The notes under the pieces are model-generated. The model saw only the letters and a list, made by a program, of their open reading frames with translations. It did no database searches and was not told where the DNA came from. Below are positions 26,007-40,423 of a stretch of DNA of 64,000 nt, in pieces. Each line of letters opens with the position of its first letter. Positions within the stretch are counted from its first letter, which is position 1. The DNA is taken from NCBI RefSeq assembly GCF_009914755.1, contig NC_060937.1; one strand, given 5' to 3'. The position numbers were made by a program, and so were the translations under genes. The DNA comes from the human T2T-CHM13v2.0 reference genome, Homo sapiens.

Positions 26007-26156
26007 CTAGCCGATGGCGGAGTCTCTTCTCTTCAACTGCCTCACTGGCTTTTCCTTATAGTCCTGTTGCAAGACTCAGCCCTTATAGCAATGGCATTAA
26101 TACTCCCAGCTTCTCTAAAACCTCAAATAAAGCAATACTAACACCTGAAAAAACAG
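26007..26156 (+). CDS. SLAIN1: Alternative (cassette) in-frame SLAIN1 exon, (A)SRWRSLFSSTASLAFPYSPVARLSPYSNGINTPSFSKTSNKAILTPEKT(G)
   Basis: Branch-like gctaac at ~25974, pyrimidine tract, tgacag|CT acceptor and ACAG|gtaata donor. 150 nt, phase 1-1, stop-free in the SLAIN1 frame. The PYSP..SPYS.G.N.PS pattern resembles the paralogous SLAIN2 segment (from memory). Confidence 0.8.
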
Positions 26157-27216
26157 GTAATATTTTAACTTCTTGACTAGCTGCTTGCTTTGTAATTCAG
26201 TTACTAAACACGGCTTAAATATTCATCTTTCATTTGAAAAGCTTGAGAATAATCTTAAGAGTGGAGAGTTTGTGCTGCACACTTACTTTGGGTACAAAAG
26301 GCCTAGCACTAATTTGTACTCTAACACCATTGATCTACTGCTCTCAATTTTATGTAGCAGACAGTCTTCCCTCTTTAGCAAAAGTATATGCATGCAGTTC
26401 TGTATTTCCAAATGCTTATGTGCTTTTAAAATTAAATGTCAAACACAATTAAGGTAGTTTTTATTATTCAAGATTGTAAGTCTGTATTTTTTTTTAATTT
26501 TTTTCTGGTAGCTTTTAAATTTAGCTAAGGCTGTGTAGAAGAAAATAGTCATAGTGGCTTTTTATGAGATGAGGATCTCACCATTTTCTTATTTTTCTCA
26601 GCATTGGTATGATTCCATTCCTATAGCCTTCTTCTATTTGTTCTTTGGTTCTTTTATCTGAAGCCATTGATTTTTTTATCCTCATGGGTGGCTATAAGTC
26701 TCCCGTGACTACTCTCTGGTCTATATTATGTGGGTGTTGTATATATTTCTGCATATGTATGTGTGCCTTTTAGATGTGATATTCTTACCCATTTGTAGCA
26801 CTGCTGTTTGTACTCATTAAGAAATGGACCAGATTAAAATTTAATTTAAAAATATATTATCAGTTACTGTCAGACAAGTGTGTCTTATTATTAAAGTATA
26901 CATGAATATATATTCTTATAATACCATGCCTTTAGATATATACATATCTAATAGGATGTAGATTTTAGCAGTAGTGAATTTTTTATTGTGATAAAAAATA
27001 TAATGTGAAATCTACCCTCTTAACAATTTAAGTATATAGTACATGGTGACTTTTTAAATTGTGAAAATTCAATTTGAAAACAATGAACAAGTGGTTTTGT
27101 ATATATGAATTGTGTACACATGATGTGCACGTTGACCATTAAATGGTGACATGTTGGTGATTTTTGTAACATGAAAACATGAGACAAATTGCTGACTGTT
27201 TATATATGAATTGTGA

Positions 27217-27438
<222 letters not shown>

Positions 27439-27589
27439 TAAACTAGCAAAATGAGGCTTCCACTTGGAATATACAGGCAGAGGGGGAGGTTCAGGCATTT
27501 CTCTCCAGGTAATGGGCAAATAATTAGATTCTTTCTCTCATACTGTCCTACTTTTTAGGTGGAGCCAGTTATATGCTTCTCACACTATC

Positions 27590-28420
27590 ATGAGGTGGTA
27601 GGACTTAGTCTGATGAAAACACATTGATACATGGACATTGCTGGTATTGTCACTGTGGAAACAGATGGACAGTTTCCTAAAAAACTAAAGGTGCAACTTC
27701 CATGTGGCCCAGCAAACTGCACTCTTGGATATTTATCCCAGAATAGTGGAAATTCGTGTTTACACAAAAACTTGCACGTGAATGTTCTGAGCACCTTTAT
27801 AGCCCAAAACTGGAATTAGCTTAGAAGGCCTTCAGTGGGTAAATGATTAAACCAATCATGTTACATCTATACCATGGAGTATAACTCATCAATAAAGAGG
27901 AACAAACTACTGATATACACAACATCTTGCTTGAAGCTCCAGGGAATCATGGTGAATAAAAAATTTGATCATAAGAGAGTGCATACTGTATAATTCCACA
28001 CATATAACATTTTGAGATGACAAAATGTTAGGAACAGAGGACAGACTAGTGGTTGGTGGAGTTAGGTATAGGGCTTAGGGTCTCAAGAGGGTCTCGAAGC
28101 TGGATGTAGTTATAAAAGGGCAACACAGGATTTTTGCAGTGTTGGTACTATTCATTGGTGGATCTTTGAACCTGTAGGTAATGAAATTGCATACAGCTTA
28201 ATACTCTCTCTATCTCTTTCTGACACAGACACACACACACCCCCACACACCTGCGATAATCTGAATAAAATGAGTGGATTATATCACTGCCAATACCCTG
28301 GCTGTCATATTATTATAATTTTGCACAATGTTACCACTGGGGGAAACTGGGCAAAGTGTACAGTTTTGTTTTTTTTTAAGCACTGCATGTGAGTCTACAG
28401 TTATCTTAAAATTTCAGTTA
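27590..28420 (+). mobile_element. L1MC/MD-type 3' fragment
   Basis: L1 ORF2 C-terminus phrases (cattgctggt...cactgtggaaacag..., gcactcttggatatttatccca) plus an old L1 3'UTR (aatgttaccactgggggaaactggg). Confidence 0.8.
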
Positions 28421-29483
28421 AAATGCATTGACATACTTCTCCAGGTAAATAATTGTGAAAGAGTAGATAAGTAGAAATAGGATAGTTTTTCACTGGTTCT
28501 GCGATAAAGTTACAAAAAATTATCTGGGAGTGAACTAGTTGAAGGGCATTAATGGTATCAAAAGGCACAGAACTGGAGTGTTTGTTTTGGAGTTATCTTT
28601 TCCACCAACATAAGTAGAAATAATCAAGTATCATTTAAGCATAATAATTTCCTGTTTTCAGAATTAGTCAAGGCTTCTATGAGAAACATGGTAATGCTTA
28701 TGCAGGATTTAATAGATACATTTTTAAGGGGAAAAGTGGTTATTTTATATAATTATTTAGTAAAAGCAAATTTAAATACTCTTTCTAAAAATATATATGG
28801 CTAAAAGATTGTATGTCAGTTTCAGAAGTTAAGTAGTCAGGGATAGACCACTTTTTTTAAAAATTGTAGTACTGGCAATGGGTTAAATAATGAGAACTTT
28901 GTAGTTTGACTATTTTTAGATGATTACCTTATAGGATGACCTAAAACTATTAGAAGTATTGAGGTGTCAGTGTGCTTTGAAAGAGATAATATTAGTAACA
29001 TAAAAGAACAATAGAGAGATGACCTTGTGGGAAAATATTTGTACCTCGGCTTTTAAACTTTCCCTTTGACTTTAAAAGTTGGGGGTGGGGAGCAGAATGA
29101 CTTCCTACTTGGGCAGAGATTTGAAGATTTTAGTTGTTTTAACTCATAGCAAACTATTCATAATGAGATGAATATTTCTTCCTAAGTTCCCCTTCTAAAA
29201 TATCTCTTGATTTGAAAAGGGGAAATTGATAGATATTAACGAATGAGCTGTGGCAGGTATATATAATCCTCACTGGAATTGGGGCAATCTTTTTGCAAAA
29301 CAGAATTGTCCAATATTAGATATCTGTTTCATAGGTAAATGTGATTATTGTCTTGGTAAACTTGTCAATTTAGTAAACTTGAGAACAAGATAATAAGTCT
29401 CTGTGAGTAATTTATTTGGCACAATTTTTCATCTAATACTTGGTTAATTATAACTAAATGTTAGCTAGATCAAAATACATTAG

Positions 29484-30227
<744 letters not shown>

Positions 30228-32919
30228 AAGAAATGGTTTTAAGAGAAATATAGATAATTGGTCAATGTTTCTCAGATTAAAAATCATCCTCCAGACCTTC
30301 TCAGTTTGGTCTAAATTTGCGTCTCTAATTGACTGGCTTCTGATTACGTGTCCCAGATTTATAAACGCACAGCCTCAAGAAAACCTTCATGACATAGCTG
30401 GCTCGGAATGAGTTATAAATGTGCGGCATCTCTGCATTGTTGCTGGTGCCTGTGGCAGAGGCAGGGTTGTACAAGCTGAGAAGTTTGTGGTCAAGCCCAT
30501 GGAGGCAAAGTCTGTGAGTTGTCATTCCTTACCTTGTCCACAGCCTTCAGTCTCTTACTGTCTGTTCCTAGCACAGAGTGAGGTTGTAAGCATGAATGAT
30601 GATGCTTGCAGAGGATGCTGCTCTTACACAGCCAGATCTAGGCAAGTTTGGGATGTGTCTTTCCCTCTGATCTCCTGACATCTAGAATTAAGATCTGTGT
30701 AGCAGCAGGAACATGGAGGTTGCTTTCCATTAGCATTTGACAGGGTAATGGGAAATTGATCTGTCTTGTCAACATGGTGGGTTGCTGTCTGTGTCATTCG
30801 TTTATTCTATCTCTTCATCATTTATCTTTCTTCCACACTTGCAGAAGTTGGACTCTGACTTCTAAGAACTATGGGAGAAGCAATCATGTAATATTCTAAG
30901 CCTGTTGTGTTTTTGTACTAATGATCACCTGAACCCTCACACATAAATTCTATATATTATGGAGAAACAAACCAATAAAAAAATTTATAATTATACAATT
31001 ACAGTTCTTAATTATTATATAGCACTATTTCTCAAAGCTGGGTCCAGATGTGATCAAATGGTCTTTAAAAATATTTATAGGCCAAATATAAATTTTGTAT
31101 TAGTGATCAGCCATAACCCTGTATTTAGTTTTTACCCTTTCTTCCTTTATACTGGTATCATTCATGCTGATGCTAATTAAGAGATCATTTGGAAATATTT
31201 AAAATTTTGTATTTGTAATTTCTCTTACTACCTTGAGATTTCAAGTTTAAAGGAGTGGTGGCTAAAAAATGTCATCATGACTAACATATTAAAGCTCATA
31301 GATCAGAAAGACAATGTATTCCATGTGCTTAGTGGAAGTCATAACATCTTATTAAAATTGAGAGGGCACCTAGAGTTATTTCTCTAAAGCTTTTTTTTTT
31401 TTTTTTTTTTTTTTTACTTAAAGTGTTTTAGAACATCGTAGTCAAGTTGCCAAGCAGATGCTAGCTCTGCATCTTGATTGATATTGTCAATGGGATCATT
31501 TTTCTCCGCTTAGCTGTTTGTTGCACCTCAGAAAAGTGGTATTCACTTCCATCAAACACCGTTTGAAAAGGATTAGGTTTCTGTGAATCCTGTGCTGGGA
31601 TACTCTTCACAGGAAAGTGGAGACATATCACAGTTTAGGTCCCTTTATGGTAGTTTTATTTTGCCTAAAATGTCTAGTTTTCACAATACAAGAAAAATGG
31701 AATACAAAGGCAATCTTCTGGATATGACTTCTGACTAATTAGCTTAATGGTTGAGAGCAGAGGCTCTGAAGTCCAGTAGATCCTGTGTTTCTCAACTGTC
31801 TAAGGTTCGGTTTCCCTAACTAAAATGTGGACAAGATGATATCTGTCTCTTAGGAAACTTAGGTATAATTTCACACCAAACCATCTGGTACACATTTTCT
31901 CCACCTAAATATATTATAAGGAATAAATGAAATAATGAATGTTACATTGCATGTAGCCTGGAGTGGATGTGCTAAATAAAGGTTGTCTTCTCCCCTTTTG
32001 TTTTTAAACTTTTATTAACATATGATTCAGATGTCCTAGCCTGCATTTGTTACTATAGAATATTGAGCAAAAAACTGAAATAAGAATGGTAACTTTGAAG
32101 CTAATCTATTAAATATTTTTCTAAATTATCAAAATAATATAGATAGAAAATAATTGTAAACTGTTGATTCATTTTAAAATAATTGAGAATAAACTAGAAA
32201 TGTATATTAATATTTACTGCTTTTGTAGTTCCTACACTGCCTAGATTTAAAGAGATGGTTCATAAAACTTTCTGGGATATTTCTGAGATTCATAGAATTA
32301 AAAGAAGCATAACTGGAATAACTTGCTAAATATCAAAATGACTCAACTTGTAGAATCTTTACCAACTTTTTTATAATTCTACGGTATGGCAGGGGTTACT
32401 GGAGGCATGATGTAGTCCTTATTATCATGAGGACCTCCCCTGGAGCCTGTGTTGCCTGGATGCCTAGATCTAGCTGTTTGGTGGACAATGAGTGTCTCCT
32501 TTAGTCCTAAAGATTCCTGAGTCTTTGTTCATAGAGTGATGAGTCTTGCTGCCTCTTTAATGTGAGCAAGCTCATTTGAATTCTTTACTTGGTCTATTCT
32601 TCCAGTTTCCTGCTGCATCTCAGCCCTTGAAGATTAAACTGCTGATTTCTTGTGAAGATAGAACTAGAACATTACTTTTGGTTCCCTGAACTTTAAAGAA
32701 TATGTGGTTATTAAAACGTTCCACATTGTTTGACAGGAAATGTACCTCATTTCCAGATGGTCTGACACAAGTTGGAGATCACAGCTTTGTTCCAAGGGGA
32801 ATAGTGTCCTAAATATTTACACTTGGAAGACCTTATTTTTAAGAGCATATTTCAGGATTAAAGCTTTGTGAAACTGACTTGTTGCTTAAATATGAGTAAA
32901 GATTGGTTTTAAAGACTAA

Positions 32920-33270
32920 CACAGATTAGAGGCATAGCCAAATGTAACGTATGGACCTTGATTGGATCGTGGTTTAGAGGAAAAAGCTTGTGAAAGATAT
33001 TCTTGGGATGTCTGAAAAATTTTGTATGCAGATTATCATATGATATTGTTAATTTGTTTACATGTGATTACAATATTGTGATTCCATAGAATTTTCTCAG
33101 GAGATCAATATGCATTTAAAGTGTCAAGATGTCTGAAGTTTTATCTTGTTTAGCAAAGCAAACAAAAGTACATGTGGAGATGAATTAAATATGGCAAAAT
33201 GGAAACAACCAGTATAGCCAGGTGGAAAAACAGGTGTTTATGATACTATTTTTTAACATTTCTATATGTA
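32920..33270 (+). mobile_element. Old L1 (L1MC/ME) 3'UTR fragment
   Basis: agattagaggcatagccaaatgtaacgtatggaccttgattggatc is typical of old L1 3' ends. Confidence 0.55.
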
Positions 33271-35468
33271 TGAAAACTATTATAGTAAATAGTTGGAGAG
33301 AGATTTTAAAAAGAAATATAGAAGCTCAATTAATTTTCTCAATAGCATATAATTATGTTCCTGTGCCTCCCTGCTGCTTAAAAATATATGTATTGGAAAT
33401 ATGTATAGTGAAAATAGTCTAGTACTGATAGAGGCTGTCTTTTTTACACCAGTTTTTGTAATAGTCAAAAGATCTAGATATGGCCACTAAGATTATGTAG
33501 AGATGAATCCTTCTAATTCCTCCCTTCTTACTACACACTGTCTGCCAAATCATACACATAATATTTGCTGATATATAAAGTACCTGCTCTGTGAGGCTGG
33601 GAACTTTAATAGGAATTTGGGAATACGAGACGTATGATTGTTAAAAATAGGCATCAAGAAGATAATGAGGAAAATTGCCAAGGAATCTAACAGTCAGTGG
33701 CAATATTTGAGCATCCTTACTCTAGAACTACACACAGAAAGTAATGTGTGAGAGGTAGATACTTCCAGCTGGGAAGTCCATAGAAAAGCTTCTCTATGGT
33801 GGGGATAATTGTGCCAATTCTTAAAGTATTAGTAAGACCCACATGAGTAAAATATTCTTTTGTGCTTTCTACCATAGCACTCTCTACAATTTTTTATGCT
33901 CTCTTATTATACATATTATCTAAGTATACTTATTGTGCTTGTTTAATCTTCTGCCTTTTCCACCCCAAGGGAGCAAAAATTGCTGGACATGGCAACATTT
34001 AATAGGTGTTAGTAATGTCAAAGGAGTAGTGTATGAAAGGGGAATAAGAAGAGCTGAGTTTGATTTTGACTTGAATGCCTTTTGGATTAGCATTCAAGTA
34101 TATCATTATTTTCTGGTTTTGCTTGAAAGAAAATGACCACAAGATTGAATGCTCTGATATGTGCACTTTAGTGTTTTGCGGTATATATCAATAAAGATAA
34201 AAATATCTTGTAAGTTGGAGGGGTGAAAAAAATTTTAGATATTACAATGATTTATGATCTTCCATGGTTTACCCCTATCAAAATGTTAATCTTTAATATT
34301 TATTTTATTTGGGAAAAAATTTAATTTTAAGTTTAATTAAATTTATTTTAGATTTTCTCTTTAGGATCAACAATGGGTGGGGAAGGATTGAGAAGCACTG
34401 GTCTAGACTATAAACCTAGACCATAAATCTTGACTATAAACTCAATGAGACTCTGGACTGTATCTGCCTAATACACTGTGGTATCCCCAACAGCTCACAG
34501 AGTGTCTGGTATTTAGTGTAAACACAATAGATGTTTGTTCCCTTGTTCATTTGTTCCTTCTCCAAAGTGAGGTTGGGTGTCCACATGGAGGGACCAGCCT
34601 GCTCACAGGTATGAGAGAGTTCTCCCCTGTGGTCGGGGAGCAGGCTGAGAGGCCAGGCTGGAGAAGTATAAAGAGCCTGGGCCTTGAAGCCCTCATCTGG
34701 GCTGTGCTCAGGAGCTTGGCCTTTCAGAAGAGGGAGCAGGGGAGGAATTGAGGAGTTGGAGGGATTTCAGCAAGTGGGTGACGCATGCTGTGCTCTAGGA
34801 AGAGTGGAATCGAGTACTTGAATTAGTTTTGTCCTTGAATTAGTTATGGCTTAGTACTCGTATATATGCTTTTTTTTTCAGTTTAAATGACCTGACATAG
34901 GTACTTTAGTTTTTGGGGGATGTGTATTGATCAAGGAAAAAGTGTCTCATAGAGTTGTGGTCTTGTGGCTGGCTTATTTCACATGTGTTATTTCACACAT
35001 CTCAACATTGAGATCTGTATGTGACTCTCTGCTGCCTCTTGGTGGCAGAAGATGAACTTAGCAAGGCAAAAAAATTGAAGCATTCTCTTGGTCTTTTTTA
35101 TCTGCAAACATTTGGTGGCGTACTCATGAAAGTTAAAACTTTCCAGAGATTAATGTGGTCATGTTAATGTGATGAGTGGATATTTCAAGACATCTGAAGT
35201 TTGAATTTTATTAATTTGTTCCATTTTGATATGGTAGCAAAAGATTCAGTAAATGTTGGTTTTGATTCTTCTAGGGTTCTTTTTTTTTTTTTTTTTTAAG
35301 AAGCATGTAACTTAATTTCTAGGGTTGTTTTGGTAAATTTAATGGCTATAAGATTATTTTCTAACTTTTTAAATATAGTTTTAGCCACTTATTGAATAGG
35401 AACAGATAGCTAACTGCTTAGCTAGTCCCTAAGTCTTTTTATAGAAGTTTCGTTCTCCTTTAACACAT

Positions 35469-35998
35469 TGTATTAGTTAGGGTTCTCTAGAGGGACAGAA
35501 CTAACAGGATAAATGTATATATGAAGGGGCATTGATTAAGGAGTATTGACTCACACGATCACAAGGTGAGGTCCCATGATAGGCTGTCTGCAAGCTGAGG
35601 AGCAAGGAAGACAGTCGGAGTCCCAAATCCTCAAAAGTAGGGAAGCCGCCAGTGCAGCCTTCAGTCTGTGGCCAAAGGCCTGAGAGATCCTGGCAAACCA
35701 CTGATGTAAGTCCAAGAGTCCACAAGCTGAAGAACTTGGAGTCTGATGCTCGAGGGTAGGAAGCATCCAGCACAGGAGAAAGGTGAAGTCTGCTCCTTCT
35801 GCATTCTTCTGCGCTTTTATCCTAGCCATGCTGGCAGCTGATTAGATGGTGCCTATCCAGATGGAGGGTGGGTCTACCCCTCCCAGTCCACTGACTCAAA
35901 TGTTAATCTCCTTTGGCAACACCCTCACAGACACACCCAGGAGCAATGCTTTACATCCTTCAATCCAATCAAGTTGGCACTCAATATTAACCATCACA
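35469..35998 (-). mobile_element. MLT2A-type (ERVL) solo LTR
   Basis: tgtattagttagggttctctagagggacagaacta...caatccaatcaagttggcactcaatattaaccatcaca. Confidence 0.9.
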
Positions 35999-36180
35999 CA
36001 TGCTTATTTGGTGGGAACCCTTCTGGTTGGGAAGGGTGTTTTCCTGTACAATAGGTTAGAAAGCTTGATCATCAACATGTAATAATTTGTATTTATTATT
36101 GAGCACAATATGACTTTTGTTATTTGCTTTTGAAAGCTAGTACTTTGGTTGCATAACATCTGTCATTTTTAACTTAGTAA

Positions 36181-36369
<189 letters not shown>

Positions 36370-36510
36370 TAATTATATATTGTATAATTGTATAATTTTT
36401 TATAATTTTTAATTGTAAGGAAAATGTCTGTTTTATTTCTTTGTATTTACTTGAAAGAACACTAAACTTTTTTCCTTGCCGTGTAACTTATTTTTTTATT
36501 TCACCATTAG

Positions 36511-36653
36511 AGTTGAATAGTATTTTTACTATTCAAATAGTATATTTACTATTCAACTTACCAGTGCCTGTGGTATAAATTACTTACCAGTGCCTGTGGT
36601 ATCAATTAATAATAGTAAATTGTTATTTGTATAATAATAGTAAATTATTTGTA
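36511..36653. repeat. Hairpin plus three consecutive short tandem duplications (20, 26 and ~25 bp)
   Basis: Manual reading; see findings. Confidence 0.9.
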
Positions 36654-38110
36654 GTCCTTTATATCCTAGGATAGTAGAAGTACTACATGGTGATTGATTT
36701 ATCCACTCATCATACAAAAATTGTTTTCCTTGCAGATCCTCCTCCTTCTAGCTGTCTACCTGAATAAGCACACTTAATTCTGTTTAGCCGTTCCTTTTGT
36801 CTTGTTTTTCACCTATGCATACTTTTGTCTTTTTCCCCCTAAATGAAGTTATATTTTAGAGTGTCTAAAGTAGTTTTTGTCCACTCTATTTAGCTTACCC
36901 CACATTCTGTTACTTACTTTCTATGTTTTACCCAGCAGTGAGTGACACAGTTAGCATTAGGCCTAGTGCTGTGTATCTTCACTTTATGTGGGGATGTGCT
37001 GCTTCGGCATCCCCCTATTCCTACTCATGCTGTCTATATGGGTTGTTGCAGTTAAGTCTTACACTGACTTCCAGGAGGAAGGCACAAGGTTATATTACCA
37101 GTATTCATAAAAATGCCCAAACTTGGGAGGCTGAGCATGTTCTGAGTGTACTGGCCAAGAGTCGTCAACCGGATGTTTTAAGTCTGCATCCAAAATGGTT
37201 TGTAGCTTTTCTCCCTCAAACTTAGTTTTAGGTGTCAGGTTGTATCTCCCTAACATGCAGCGATCTTTCATTTCTTTATGTTTTAGTTCCTAACAACCAA
37301 GTGACATCATTTACTCTGTACAAGGAACTGTGCTAACTAGTTTATATTCATTATCTTATTTAGTTCTACCAACAACTCTATGAATTAGTTTCTACTGCCA
37401 TTCTTATTTTGTGGAAGAGGCAACAGTTCTGATAGGTTAAGGAACAGTTTGTCTAAGGCCATACAGTTGGAAGAGCAGAGAGGCAGACCTAGGTCTGGTT
37501 ACTCCCAGAGCTTTTAACTGCTATCATATTCTAGCTCCACGTGCTGTTCTTCTCTGCCTAGCATTCTTCCTTTTCCTTCTTCGTTCAGTTTACTCCTATT
37601 TACTTTTATAACACAGTCCAAATACCATGCCTTTGGAAGTCTTCATTGCTTACTTAATCACCCTAACACACTTTCTCAAATACCCCCCAAACAATACTAG
37701 AGTGGATTAGATTTTCGGTGCTTACCTCTGTTATTCAATGTACCATGTTTTACTATTAATATGTTTGTCTTCCTTACTAGATTGTAAGCTCCCTCTGGGC
37801 TTGGGCCATCATTTATTTGATTTTCTGTTCCCAGTGCCTGACGTATTGCCAGAACATAAGGAACTCTCAGTGAATGCTTGAATGAATGCCACAGGATTCT
37901 ATGTTAAGGCTTGACCTATTAAATATTTAGAACCAATGACTTGTATAAGGACACATAAACAACCTATGAAATTTGCCAATAGTAGAAACCGAGAGGACTA
38001 ACAACTCATTTTATGTCAGGAGGTTAGGAGAATGGGCCAAATGTATCATGAAGAAATTTAGCTGATAGAAATATACAATTCTATGTCTGAATTACAAAAA
38101 TCAGTAACAT

Positions 38111-38392
<282 letters not shown>

Positions 38393-39199
38393 TTAGGAAT
38401 TTTTGTTGACTCCAACTCAATGTGTATTAGTAGCAGATTTGAGTGCCAGAAAAATGTATGTAGCCCAAAATAGAATGTACACTGCAAAGAATGTTCAGCC
38501 TTGATTGAAGTGCCCCCAAAATGACGGGAAAATGTCAAAAGGATACAGGAACCAAGTTGAAGGAACCTCCTAATGGCCAAATTTGGGGCAGTTTGAGCCA
38601 CAGAGTAAATAATTATAGTAATGGATTATAACTGATGGAATAAAATAAATATGCATGGGTTCATACTTAATTGGATAAATAGAGGGGAACATCCTCTTTG
38701 TAGTAGATTCCAATTCATGCGTGTAAAAGCAATGAGGAAAATATAAAAATCATCATTTCTAAGTCAAGCATAATACTGAGAGAAAGCCCCCAAGAAGAAT
38801 ATTAAAGTGTAGGAGAAGGAGGACTCTCATAACTTTTGTTTCAAATCTTAAGATTATGTTCTCATTTACTTTCATTTCTGAGCATTCTAAGCCACTGTTC
38901 TTTATGCATTCTAAGTTCCTATCATGACAATTTCTGGTTCTGGGCCATTTTGCTTTCTGGAAAGAACAGAGGTAGGATAGAGAGTTGGAAAGGCTGCAAG
39001 TATAGAAGGAGGAACACAGTTGTAGTCAAAGACCTGGTTTTGGGTCTTTTCTTAATCATAAATTCTTTGGAAAGTTAAGTATTCTTTCTCAGTCTTGTTT
39101 TCTCAGTTGTAAAATTAGGATTATGCCTATTAATTCTAACTAGTTTCTCTTATGTGTTTTTTTTTAAATCAAGGGTGGTTATATATGTTACATGTAGGA

Positions 39200-40230
39200 G
39201 AGATAGTAGGACTCTATTCCTGAATAAACTGTTCTGTAATTTCATTTCAAATGAAATTGGTTGGCATTTCATTGACTCTGCAGATCAATTTTTGGAAGAT
39301 CTTAACAATATTAAGTCTTTGCATCCATTAATATGTAATAGTCCTCCATTGACTCAGGTCTTTAATATCAGTGAAGTTTTGTAGCTTTCTATATAGAGGT
39401 TTTATGTTTCTATAGTTAAATTAATTTCTAGGTATTGTGATTTTTAATAAGTAGTATTTTTATAAATAGTATTTCCTCAGGTTTCTTTCAGTTTCTACTA
39501 GTTTGCTGGTATTTTGAATATAATTGATTTTTGTGTTTTGATATTGAATCCAGCAACTTTGCTAAATTAATATCTCCTAATAGTTACCCAACATAATGAG
39601 TGCATATGATCACCAAAACATGTTCAAGGAGGTTCATAAAACCCCAAATTAGAAATAACCTAGCTTTCTGTCATCAGGGGAATAATCACATTTATACAAT
39701 GGAATACTGCTTAGTAATACAGCAACACAGGTGAATCTCACAGACAAAGTGTCGAGTGAAAGAAGCCAGATTAAAAGGTTAACATACTAATAAGTCTATT
39801 CCTAGGAAGCTCAAAATAGGGAAAAACAGTCTGTTGTGATAAAAGTGGGAATAACACTTACCTTTGGGGGAGTTTTGACTAGGAAGAGGCATGAGAGAGC
39901 ATTGTAAGGTGCTGGTGATGCTTTTTATCTTGATATGATTAGTGGTTACATGAACATATGCACTTTGAAAATTCACTGAGCTGTAGACTTAAGATGTATG
40001 TATTTTATGTATATTATGCTTCAGAAGAAATTGAGCCAAATTCATGTGTTGAAGGTTTTTAAAAAATTAACACTTTTTTGGAGCAGTTTTCAGTTTATAG
40101 AAAAATTGAACAGGAAGTACAAAGAATTCCCATGTAATCCCTCACCCTCTGTATCTTCCTAGTTTCCCCTATTATTAACATCTTGTGTTAGTGCAGTAGA
40201 CTTGTTACAGTTGCTGAACTAGTATATTAA
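39200..40230. mobile_element. Mosaic of old L1M fragments in both orientations
   Basis: Antisense ORF2 phrases at ~39200-39590 (tgaatccagcaactttgctaaatt). Sense 3' end at ~39590-40030 (gaaaattcactgagctgtagacttaagat). Antisense 3' end at ~40055-40230. Confidence 0.6.
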
Positions 40231-40423
40231 ATATTTGCATGGTTAAAAACTAGCAAATTAAGGCATTACAGAATTGATTAGAAAGAATCTTAGAGATGAT
40301 TCGTCAACCAAGAGGACTTTGCTGTGTCACAAAGCTAAATGGGAACACACCTAAGGGAGGATCTTACATAGACTTTATTTTTATAAAGCTTTTTGACTAC
40401 TATACACATGTATCAACATTTCT

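Noticed and set aside
26007-26010. Second AG (cagCTAG) as an alternative acceptor of the cassette exon
   Set aside because: A 4-nt shift breaks the frame. The first AG after the branch point and tract is normally used, and there is no evidence for the second.
31390-31415. Long poly(T) tract as a retrocopy tail
   Set aside because: No adjacent Alu, L1 or processed-gene body and no TSD recognised. Treated as a simple mononucleotide run.
34402-34441. ~13-bp unit x3 (ctagactataaac-like)
   Set aside because: A short degenerate tandem at a junction of old repeats, with no sign of function.
36556-36607. 26-bp repeats as a CRISPR-like array
   Set aside because: Only two directly adjacent copies with no spacers, in a eukaryotic intron with no cas genes.
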